Shown one piece after another: positions 56,576-64,000 of a DNA stretch of 64,000 bases (its first letter is position 1; each line of letters begins with the position of its first letter). The position numbers and the translations under genes were made by a program. Where the stretch lies: the NCBI GenBank assembly GCA_035374585.1, contig DAOSPF010000002.1:565-64564 (forward strand), read 5' to 3'. The stretch is from Bacteroidales bacterium. Its GTDB lineage: Bacteria > Bacteroidota > Bacteroidia > Bacteroidales > DTGW01. The notes under the pieces are model-generated. The model was not told the DNA's origin. It did not search any database and was given only the letters and a program-made list of their open reading frames with translations.

Positions 56576-57667
56576 ATGAAAGAAAAAATTGAAGAAGCCC
56601 TTCGCAATGTTAACCACCCTGCTAAAGGGACAGACATTGTAAGTGCTCAGGTGCTTCAAAATATTGAGATTGTTGGCAATAAAATAATTCTGACCATGAA
56701 TTATGGTAAAGCGAATGACCCATTTGCCAATTCAATTAAGAAATCTGTCGTTAAGATTTTAGAACCTGTTGTAGGAAGCCAATATATTGTTGAATTTGCT
56801 GAAGTTAACAACAGAAAGCCATTGTTACCTGAGTATTATACATTGAAAGAGGTAAAAAATATCATTGCTGTGTCTTCCGGCAAAGGTGGAGTTGGAAAGT
56901 CAACAGTAGCAAGTAACCTGGCTATTGCCTTGTCGCACACAGGGGCAAAAGTGGCTTTGCTTGATGCAGATGTTTACGGCCCTTCTGCTCCCAAGATGTT
57001 TGGTGAAGAGAATTTCAGGCCTGTCATGATTGAGAAAGATGGAAAAGAATATATTGAGTCTTTGCAGAAATATAATATTGGGGTACAATCTATTGGGTTC
57101 TTTGTAAGCCCCGGTGAGGCAACTATTTGGCGTGGCCCGATGGCTTCCAATGCTTTAAAACAGGTCATTACTCAAACCTGGTGGGGAGAGCTTGATTTCC
57201 TTGTTTTGGATATGCCTCCGGGCACAGGTGATATTCATTTGACTATTGTCCAGGAGCTCCCTGTTACAGGGGTTATTGTAGTCAGTACTCCCCAAAATGT
57301 TGCTTTAGCAGATGCTATAAAAGGTATCAGCATGTTTCGTAGCGATAAAATAAACGTTCCGGTTCTTGGGTTGGTTGAAAACATGGCATGGTTTACGCCT
57401 GCTGAGTTACCTGATAATAAATACTATATTTTTGGTAAGGATGGATGCAAAAAACTTGCTGAATCCCTCGAATTGCCTTTGCTTGGCCAGATACCAATTG
57501 TTCAAAGTATTTGTGAAGACGGCGATAACGGTACTCCAAGTGCAATGAACCCTTTTACCCCTCAGGGAAAAGCTTTTGCCGAATTGGCAGAAGCTGTGAT
57601 AGCTCAAGTTGAGATTCGTAACAAAACTCTACCTCCGACTAAAAAGGTTGAAGTGACGCAGAAATAA
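56576..57667 (+). CDS. apbC: Mrp/NBP35/ApbC-family iron-sulfur cluster carrier ATPase
   Basis: N-terminal MIP18/DUF59-like domain, deviant Walker A SGKGGVGKST, CxxC-like C-terminal region. ATG at 56576. Confidence 0.88.
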   Translation: MKEKIEEALRNVNHPAKGTDIVSAQVLQNIEIVGNKIILTMNYGKANDPFANSIKKSVVKILEPVVGSQYIVEFAEVNNRKPLLPEYYTLKEVKNIIAVSSGKGGVGKSTVASNLAIALSHTGAKVALLDADVYGPSAPKMFGEENFRPVMIEKDGKEYIESLQKYNIGVQSIGFFVSPGEATIWRGPMASNALKQVITQTWWGELDFLVLDMPPGTGDIHLTIVQELPVTGVIVVSTPQNVALADAIKGISMFRSDKINVPVLGLVENMAWFTPAELPDNKYYIFGKDGCKKLAESLELPLLGQIPIVQSICEDGDNGTPSAMNPFTPQGKAFAELAEAVIAQVEIRNKTLPPTKKVEVTQK

Positions 57668-57738
57668 ATCCTGCTATCGATTCGCAAGAATTTTTATGAT
57701 AGGTTTATCAGATAACATTTTCCTTCATTACTTTTGAT

Positions 57739-58422
57739 ATGTCCCGAAGACTTGTAATACCTGATATTCATGGGTGCTCAAAAACGTTTGAAGCCTTACT
57801 TGAGAAAATAGTATTTACACGTGAGGATCATCTTTTTCTTTTGGGAGATTACATTGATCGGGGACCTGATAGTAGCGGAGTAGTTGATTTTATTATCAGG
57901 TTAAAAACTGAAGGTTATAAAATTGTTGCCTTGAGGGGCAATCATGAAGATGATTTGCTGAAAGCATCTCAATCTTTTGATAAAGATAGTTTTGTTTTTT
58001 ATGTAAACCGTTTTAAAAGTGGAGATCTATTGACTGCTGAGGGTCAAATAAAAGAAGAGTACAAAACTTTTTTCAATAGTTTGCCTTTTTATTTCGAGCT
58101 GCCTGATTTTATCTTGGTACATGCAGGAGTCAATTTTAAAATTCAAAACCCTTTTGAAGATAAGGATGCTTTAATATTTTTGCGCAATACAGATTATAAT
58201 GCCCACAAAGCTAAGAACCGCAGGGTTATTTATGGACATCAGCCTACTTATATTAATGATATTATGGCTGCTATTGATGAACAACGTTTTCTTATTCCTT
58301 TAGACAATGGATGTGTGTATAATTCATTACACAAGGTTTATGATTACAGGTATTTAGGCCACTTGTTATGTCTCGACCTTGATAGCTGGGAGCTTTCGAT
58401 GGAAAGAAACCGGGATACTTAG
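57739..58422 (+). CDS. metallophosphoesterase (PPP-family Ser/Thr phosphatase-like)
   Basis: Motifs IPDIHG, LGDYIDRG, GNHE, VHAG. Confidence 0.75.
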   Translation: MSRRLVIPDIHGCSKTFEALLEKIVFTREDHLFLLGDYIDRGPDSSGVVDFIIRLKTEGYKIVALRGNHEDDLLKASQSFDKDSFVFYVNRFKSGDLLTAEGQIKEEYKTFFNSLPFYFELPDFILVHAGVNFKIQNPFEDKDALIFLRNTDYNAHKAKNRRVIYGHQPTYINDIMAAIDEQRFLIPLDNGCVYNSLHKVYDYRYLGHLLCLDLDSWELSMERNRDT

Positions 58423-60470
58423 TTGTAAAAGTTCCAGGTCAGTCCATATTGCATAACAGGTATCATTAAAGGGTAGTGAGCTGCTACGAATGTATTTTTC
58501 TTATAAAATCCGGCGTTGATGTGTGAGTATTTAAAGAAAAAGCTCACAACCTTCACTTTGAAAGTGAGGTGTACATCAACAACAGGATAATCGCCTGTTT
58601 TGGATACTTTTTCATTAGCAGAAGTGAGTGCAAAAACTCCCAATGAAGGTATATAAGTTTCTGGTGTGTAGCTGCTTTCATATTTTACATCAAATCCCAG
58701 GCGTGCATATAGCTTTCCTCCTGTTGAGAACCTGAAAGTATGCTGGATATTGGTAGAGTTGTAATAAACCATTTGTGGTACCTGGAAGTAACTGTTATCA
58801 AACTCCTGAAAAGTAATAGCATTGGTGGTTTCAAATTTCCACAAACGTAAAGTGTTTGAAAATGTTATACTTGCAACATGCAGCGTTTTTGAAGTTTGTG
58901 TCACACCTTCGGCATCAAAATATACCATGTTAGAAATAATATGGTAATTTCCGCTAATAGTAGTATTAAGCTTATCTGCAGAGATTGAGCCATAGATTCT
59001 TTGCTTATATTCGCGTTTGAAATTATCGCCTTTGTTCCACATAAAATGGTTTGAAAAGAGCGAATTGTACATAAACGAAGGCTTATGTAATTCAGAAACA
59101 AAGCCTGCATCAAAAGAGAAGTAACTATTAGTGTCTTTGTTCATCCACAGTCTGGCATCCAATCGTTGATCGCCAATATTATAGCCTGCCAGGTGACTTT
59201 CCCATACAAGTTTGCCTTTCATCCGCTTTATTGATTTCTCAATGCCTGCAGTAAACCAAAATTTATAGTAGTCGCTGAAAGATTTGTCCGCGTTCCCTTT
59301 TAATACTATGGTGTCGTTGCTAAGCTGACCTGTGTAAGTTCGATAGCCATAAAGCGGGGCACCCTTTGCATTGGCAGAATCAAAGCCGGGAATATAAATA
59401 TTGTTTTTTTGAGGGAATGGTGGATTAAAATGTGTGCCATTTATTATCAATGTATCAGGCACACAACCTCTGAATGCCGAATAGTATCCAACGTGTATTG
59501 ATCCAACAAAATTTGGCAGATACTTCCAAAGCTCGGGCGATTTAAGTATTACTGCGTTTTCAATTGTGGTAAGCGAAAGCGAGTCATTAGATATTTTGCT
59601 GGCGTAATAGTTGTGTTTATAAAACGAAACAGTATCCATTTCAGTTTCTTTATACAACTTTTTTTGCGAGTTTACATCAAGTTTATAAGTAATGGAACCT
59701 GATTTAATTTTGTTGAAAAAATTAGTACTATCGTCATTGATGCCTTGTAAAAAGTGCAACTGGTGAAAAGTAGAAAAGCCCATGCCCCGATATCTTGATT
59801 TAGCAGTTTCAAGGTTAACAGCTACGCCTTTAAAATCGCCGTTTTTGTAATTTATCAAGGTGTCATTCTTTACTCCGCCTGATTCTTGCAAGGTAGTACT
59901 ATTCCAAAATAGTTGAAGGTAGGAGTCTATACTTTCTCTTTTTTTAAAATAGTTGATAATGAAATGGTGGTTACTTGCACTGGGAATTTCATTGGTAGCA
60001 GCGTATGAATAAAAATTATAATCAACGCCAATCGAAGAATTTTTACCCAATGACTTGGCAAACCTGACCCCGGCATACTCTTCTTTATCGCTCAACCCTC
60101 CGGCTATTTTGTATGTAACACTTGAAAAAGTCTTATTCAAATGGTAAAAAGACAATTCTGGCGTTTCCCTGAAATACATGGCTATTGATGGATAAAAGTT
60201 CGTATTCATCGTCAAACGGTCTGATAAGTCGTTTGAAAGAGATGGATATCCATTATAAGTCAGGTACGAGTATGATTTCTCGGGTTTTTGATAATTCTTT
60301 AAATTGTGCAGGTGGTTGATAGATGTGTCTATCGCAACAGTGTCTGCCAATAAATGATAGTCGAGTTTTACCTCAGCCAGATAGGTTGTATCGCGCTTTG
60401 GTGGTGTTTTCTTTTGCGAAAAAGCCTGCACAACAAATAACAGGCTAAGAACTGTAAATAAAACTCTCAT
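58419..60470 (-). CDS. large outer-membrane beta-barrel protein (putative-porin-like)
   Basis: Signal peptide MRVLFTVLSLLFVVQAFSQ, aromatic-rich beta pattern, C-terminal ...GLTWNFYN. ATG at 60470 preferred over the GTG at 60488. Confidence 0.55.
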   Translation of the reverse strand: MRVLFTVLSLLFVVQAFSQKKTPPKRDTTYLAEVKLDYHLLADTVAIDTSINHLHNLKNYQKPEKSYSYLTYNGYPSLSNDLSDRLTMNTNFYPSIAMYFRETPELSFYHLNKTFSSVTYKIAGGLSDKEEYAGVRFAKSLGKNSSIGVDYNFYSYAATNEIPSASNHHFIINYFKKRESIDSYLQLFWNSTTLQESGGVKNDTLINYKNGDFKGVAVNLETAKSRYRGMGFSTFHQLHFLQGINDDSTNFFNKIKSGSITYKLDVNSQKKLYKETEMDTVSFYKHNYYASKISNDSLSLTTIENAVILKSPELWKYLPNFVGSIHVGYYSAFRGCVPDTLIINGTHFNPPFPQKNNIYIPGFDSANAKGAPLYGYRTYTGQLSNDTIVLKGNADKSFSDYYKFWFTAGIEKSIKRMKGKLVWESHLAGYNIGDQRLDARLWMNKDTNSYFSFDAGFVSELHKPSFMYNSLFSNHFMWNKGDNFKREYKQRIYGSISADKLNTTISGNYHIISNMVYFDAEGVTQTSKTLHVASITFSNTLRLWKFETTNAITFQEFDNSYFQVPQMVYYNSTNIQHTFRFSTGGKLYARLGFDVKYESSYTPETYIPSLGVFALTSANEKVSKTGDYPVVDVHLTFKVKVVSFFFKYSHINAGFYKKNTFVAAHYPLMIPVMQYGLTWNFYN

Positions 60471-60518
60471 GCAAATCTTGATTGGCACTTTAATTTTAAA
60501 ACGCCAAAGATAGAATAA

Positions 60519-60560
60519 AATTACGAATGACTAATTACGAATGACTAATTACGAATGACG
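60519..60560. repeat. tandem repeat 3 x 14 bp (AATTACGAATGACT), i.e. alternating heptamers
   Basis: Read directly: units at 60519-60532, 60533-60546, 60547-60560 (last base differs). Confidence 0.9.
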
Positions 60561-60585
60561 TATCAATGTCGTTTAGTTAATTATT

Positions 60586-60662
60586 AAAAAAAGCCAACAG
60601 GCCTGAAAGACGCTGTCGGGTTAGTATCACCTCTGAGCTTACAGCGTTCGCAGAACCTGTCC
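60586..60662 (-). terminator. long compound hairpin followed by T7 (minus strand); probable bcp terminator or small structured RNA
   Basis: Plus-strand pairs: acagg 60597-60601 with cctgt 60656-60660, and gacgctgt 60609-60616 with acagcgtt 60641-60648. The A7 run at 60586-60592 is T7 on the minus strand. Confidence 0.5.
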
Positions 60663-60704
60663 AGGTCATAACTAAACAACATTGAATTACTAAATATGAA
60701 TGAT

Positions 60705-60759
60705 GTAATTCGTAATTTTTAATTGAAAATTAGTCATCAGTCATTAGTCATCAGTAATT
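60705..60759. repeat. heptamer arrays in inverted orientation relative to 60519-60560 (GTAATTC GTAATTT ... ATTAGTC ATCAGTC ATTAGTC ATCAGTA)
   Basis: Read directly. The reverse complement gives AATTACGAATTAC and GACTAAT/GACTGAT units matching the left array family. Confidence 0.85.
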
Positions 60760-61207
60760 GGCTTATTTGCTTTGCATGGTTTTTGGTGTCCACCTTTTCA
60801 ATGATATGGGCAATAACCCCTTTCTCATCAATGAGGTACGTTTTTCTTAAAATCCCTTCATATTTCCTGCCATACATGCTTTTTTCGCCCCAAGCGTTGT
60901 AATCTTTCAGCATCTTTTTTTCGCTGTCCGAGATGAGCGTGAATGGCAATTGGTGTTTTGTTTTAAACTTTTGATGAGAAGCTTGCGAATCGGCACTTAC
61001 ACCAATAACTACAATTCCATTTTTAGTTAAAATATCGTAATTGTCCCTCAAGCTGCATGCTTCAGCGGTACATCCAGGAGTGTCATCTTTGGGGTAAAAA
61101 TAAAGCGCCAGTTTTTTACCTTTAAAATCTGCCAGTGTCACCTTTTTTCCGTCCTGGTCAACGCCTTCAAAAAAAGGAGCTGGTTGGCCTGTTTTTATTT
61201 CACTCAT
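60737..61207 (-). CDS. bcp: thioredoxin-dependent thiol peroxidase (Bcp-type peroxiredoxin)
   Basis: YFYPKDDTPGCTAEAC active site; 156 aa. Confidence 0.9.
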   Translation of the reverse strand: MSEIKTGQPAPFFEGVDQDGKKVTLADFKGKKLALYFYPKDDTPGCTAEACSLRDNYDILTKNGIVVIGVSADSQASHQKFKTKHQLPFTLISDSEKKMLKDYNAWGEKSMYGRKYEGILRKTYLIDEKGVIAHIIEKVDTKNHAKQISQLLMTND

Positions 61208-61242
61208 ATTCTGATAAATGTAATTTTGTTTAGAATGTTAGA

Positions 61243-61250
61243 TATATTTG
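61243..61250 (+). promoter_or_regulatory. candidate -7 promoter box TAnnTTTG (TATATTTG); a second match TAATTTTG at 61221-61228
   Basis: Exact motifs 11 and 33 nt upstream of the ATG at 61262. They lie inside the longer ORF-track reading frame. Confidence 0.4.
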
Positions 61251-61261
61251 CAGCATTAACA

Positions 61262-63001
61262 ATGAAGCAGTTAATATTGTTTAATATTTTTCAAAATAAG
61301 TTCATCAGCTTGGGCAAGTATATTTTTCAGGGTTGTATAATTGCAATGTTGCTATTTATAATTACGCCTTCTTGGGGGCAACAGCAAAGGTCTTCTCAAG
61401 CCCAGACGGCTATACAGTTGTTTGATGGTGGGCAATATACTGAAGCTTTGCCTTTATTTAATAATCTTGTAAATAAATACCCGAAAGATAACCTTTATAA
61501 AAAATATCTTGGGGCCTGTATTGTAGAAACAAACGGCACACTTTCGCAGGCTGTAAACTATCTTGAAATGTATAAGGTGGGCGAGAAGCTGTATTGGCCT
61601 GAATTGTACCTGATAAAAGCCTATTTACGCCTGTTTAAAGTTGAAGAAGCCCGAAAAGTCCTTGAATCATTAAAAAGAGATATGCCTTATTTTGAAGCCC
61701 GTAAATATGGGCTTGCTGAAATGGAACGCTATTTAAACTTCTTGAATTTTAATATTTCAGAAAACGAATATGGCCAAGTAGCTGAAAAAGTATTACTAAA
61801 TATTGATATCCTAAAAAATAATGCAGAGGCATGGTTTGATTTAAAATATCTTAAAATTGGCGCAGACAGTTTTTGTTTGGTGTTGGTGAAAAATGAAGAG
61901 TTACAGCCAAATACTACTTATTTGTTAAGGAAAATGCCTTCAAAAGATAATGCGCTTTACATGAGCCGTTTTTCGGCTTTTGGGCAATGGCAGCAACCCG
62001 AAAAATTTGATGCTGCTTTTGAAGGATTTACCATTTCAAATGTTTTTCCTCCTTATATTGACCAGCAAAAACATGTAGCTTATTTTTCTTTAGAAAAAAA
62101 AAGCCAGCCAACTGGTTTTGATATTTATATGGCCGAGTTTACTCCGAAAAATCTGAAACAAGTAAAATTAAAAATATTGCCATTACCTGTTAATTCTCCG
62201 TGGAACGAGTATTTATACATTTCGTTTGATACGCTGTCGCTTTTAGTGTCAGATCGTGAAACGTCTCCCCAAAAGGCTGTGCAATATCTTTTGCAAAAGC
62301 AAACAAAGATAGACCTTGCGAATTTTAAATCTTACGAGTTGTATAATTTTTGTTTTTTCAAAAAATCAATCACTAAAATTTCTTTACCGCAACAAAAAAT
62401 TGAAACATCAAAAGTTTTACCTTCATCATATCAAGATGAAGAGATGGTTACACAGGCTTTAGAAAAACAGCGCATCGCAGATTCTGCCATGTTTGTTGCA
62501 TATCAGATAAAAATAAAGATTGCTAATACCGAAGATAAGAAAATGCGAACAACGTTGTTTGGAGAAATGAAAAAAGCCGAGAAACGTGCAAAAACTTTAC
62601 AAGACGAAGCCAATGGTATGTATCAGCAATTTATCCCTGCATTGTCTGCTAAAAGTCAGGAAATTAATAAGTTTTCAGAAGTGATGTCAAAATCAAAAAA
62701 TAGCGAAGGCGATGTAGTTACAAAGTCTGATGGAAGTTTGGTTTCTTATCGTATTCAACTCGGGTTATTTTCTAATCCCAAACCGGCAGTTTTTTTTGCC
62801 GGCATTGATTCTGTTACCTCTGAAAATGTTGATAATGGAAAGGCATTAAGATATTTTACACCTTACTATGGGACCTATCCAGATGCTGACAGTATGCTAA
62901 CTATTGTAAAAAGTAAAGGGTTTAAAGAAGCTTTTATTGTGGCCTATTACAATAAACGCAAAATACCACTTGAACGCGCGCGGCAGATAGAGAAGGAGTG
63001 A
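61262..63001 (+). CDS. exported protein with N-terminal TPR-like region and C-terminal SPOR domain
   Basis: Hydrophobic N-terminus after MKQLILFNIF. C-terminal YRIQLGLFSNPKPAVFFAG...GFKEAFIVAYYNKRKIPLERARQIE is SPOR-like. Confidence 0.6.
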   Translation: MKQLILFNIFQNKFISLGKYIFQGCIIAMLLFIITPSWGQQQRSSQAQTAIQLFDGGQYTEALPLFNNLVNKYPKDNLYKKYLGACIVETNGTLSQAVNYLEMYKVGEKLYWPELYLIKAYLRLFKVEEARKVLESLKRDMPYFEARKYGLAEMERYLNFLNFNISENEYGQVAEKVLLNIDILKNNAEAWFDLKYLKIGADSFCLVLVKNEELQPNTTYLLRKMPSKDNALYMSRFSAFGQWQQPEKFDAAFEGFTISNVFPPYIDQQKHVAYFSLEKKSQPTGFDIYMAEFTPKNLKQVKLKILPLPVNSPWNEYLYISFDTLSLLVSDRETSPQKAVQYLLQKQTKIDLANFKSYELYNFCFFKKSITKISLPQQKIETSKVLPSSYQDEEMVTQALEKQRIADSAMFVAYQIKIKIANTEDKKMRTTLFGEMKKAEKRAKTLQDEANGMYQQFIPALSAKSQEINKFSEVMSKSKNSEGDVVTKSDGSLVSYRIQLGLFSNPKPAVFFAGIDSVTSENVDNGKALRYFTPYYGTYPDADSMLTIVKSKGFKEAFIVAYYNKRKIPLERARQIEKE

Positions 63002-63137
63002 TTTACTTATTTTTAACATTTGCTATTAACAAAAATCATGATTGTTGTTAATAACTTGTCGTCAAAATACATTAAATTTGATATACAAATTGAAATTAGC
63101 TTACTAATTTTAATTTCATGTTTTAATTGCATAGAAA

Positions 63138-63425
63138 ATGAAAAAGTTTGATGAATTTAGTCACAGCCCTCAATTTGATGAAGATATCGAGAAGACGAAC
63201 GGGCTGGCCAATTTTCTTACCCTTCATAATGATGATTTGCATACTTTTGAATATGTCATAGAATCATTAGTAGAGGTTTGCAAGCATGATTTTGAGCAAG
63301 CTGAACAATGTACTTATTTGGTACATTATAAAGGTATGTGTGATGTAAAAAAAGGTAGTTATCATTCATTGATCCCTTATAAAAAAGAGCTGTCCCGTCG
63401 TGGTTTAAAAGTTACCATTAACTGA
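63138..63425 (+). CDS. clpS: ATP-dependent Clp protease adaptor ClpS
   Basis: LTLHNDDLHTFEYVIESLVEVCKHDFEQAEQCTYLVHYKGMCDVKKGSY is a typical ClpS core. Confidence 0.85.
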   Translation: MKKFDEFSHSPQFDEDIEKTNGLANFLTLHNDDLHTFEYVIESLVEVCKHDFEQAEQCTYLVHYKGMCDVKKGSYHSLIPYKKELSRRGLKVTIN

Positions 63426-63434
63426 TAGTTGCTG

Positions 63435-63905
63435 ATGACCATACTTACCATTGTCCTTCTTGTTGCATTAGCAATATTTTTGCTGGTTCTTGAATTATTT
63501 ATTATACCCGGTATTAGTATTGCCGGCATTGGTGCAATACTCGTTTATGCAGGAGCGATTGCTATTGCTTATATCAAGTTAGGTGTGGTTGGGGGAAACA
63601 TTACCCTGGCTGCTTCTATTATTAGTTCTGCCATAGCAGTTTATATTTTCTTTAAGCCCAGTACTTGGAAGCGAGTTACATTGTCAACCGAAATTACAGC
63701 CAAAGTACCAGAGTATGAAGTTTGTTCCCTTCTTAAACCAGGTATGCAGGGTGTGGCTAAAACCCGGCTTGGGCCTATGGGCGAGATAGAAATAAACGAT
63801 ATTATTACCGAAGCTCAATCAATGGGAGCAATTATCAATGCTAATACTCCTATTGAAATTGTTTATATAGAGGATCATAAAATTTTCGTAAAACCTTTAA
63901 TCTGA
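63435..63905 (+). CDS. nfeD: NfeD-family membrane protein
   Basis: Three N-terminal TMs plus a C-terminal OB-like domain (GMQGVAKTRLGPMGEIEINDII). Precedes a FloA-like gene. Confidence 0.7.
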   Translation: MTILTIVLLVALAIFLLVLELFIIPGISIAGIGAILVYAGAIAIAYIKLGVVGGNITLAASIISSAIAVYIFFKPSTWKRVTLSTEITAKVPEYEVCSLLKPGMQGVAKTRLGPMGEIEINDIITEAQSMGAIINANTPIEIVYIEDHKIFVKPLI

Positions 63906-63911
63906 AATACT

Positions 63912-64000
63912 ATGGAAATAGGAATTTATTTGTTTGTCGGTGCCATTGGTATTGTACTATTATGGATATTCTTTTACCTTGTCCCAATCGGCCTTTGGTT
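63912..64000 (+). CDS. floA: flotillin-like protein FloA (UPF0365), N-terminal fragment; runs off the right edge
   Basis: Own translation MEIGIYLFVGAIGIVLLWIFFYLVPIGLW matches the FloA N-terminal hairpin helix pattern, and it is paired with nfeD. Confidence 0.55.
   Translation, partial: MEIGIYLFVGAIGIVLLWIFFYLVPIGLW

Noticed and set aside
60519-60560. Possible CRISPR array (regular 14-bp repeats)
   Set aside because: The units are directly abutting with no spacers, are far too short, and there are only three of them. This is a simple tandem repeat.
60593-60668. Possible SRP (4.5S) RNA or other known small RNA because of CCAGGTC and a long hairpin
   Set aside because: I could not find the conserved SRP domain IV sequence (GGAAG...AGCAG-type loop motifs). 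It is kept only as an unclassified structured core or terminator.
63024-63055. Hairpin tattaacaa-(13 nt)-ttgttaata after the SPOR-protein gene as a terminator
   Set aside because: The stem is pure A/T with no following T-run, so it has low predictive value.

Overview
AT-rich chromosomal segment with clear Bacteroidota hallmarks: TAnnTTTG -7 promoter boxes, propeller/Y_Y_Y sensors, SPOR proteins, an IPExxxVDY-type protein and DUF3098 after ftsX. About 55 tightly packed, mostly housekeeping genes. They include gltX, hisS, ettA, purF, purH, pyrE, rsmA, ilvE, cysK, cls, ftsX, msrBA, sppA, nhaA, pepP, bcp, clpS and nfeD-floA. Larger units are the cell-shape operon mreBCD-mrdA-rodA, a six-gene Ech-type group-4 [NiFe] hydrogenase cluster (echABCDEF), and the Bacteroidota-type succinate dehydrogenase/fumarate reductase operon (sdhCAB) followed by an Mrp/ApbC Fe-S carrier gene. 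Signalling genes are two giant periplasmic propeller/Y_Y_Y sensors (one with a class III adenylate cyclase output, one with a PP2C output), a hybrid histidine kinase with a degenerate ATP-binding domain, a PAS kinase, and a stand-alone receiver gene broken at a T7 tract. Accessory content is small: a hicB-hicA pair, one frameshifted and one decayed four-helix-bundle (23S rRNA IVS protein family) gene, and a 570-bp gap holding a 47-codon ORF with its own terminator. The most unusual signal is non-coding. At least five intergenic spacers, including both internal spacers of the sdh operon, carry long inverted repeats or inverted short-tandem-repeat arrays around an AT-rich or structured core. One of them encloses the four-helix-bundle gene exactly. 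This suggests a family of IVS-like, stem-bounded cassettes, with and without cargo. No rRNA, tRNA, CRISPR array or transposase was recognised.
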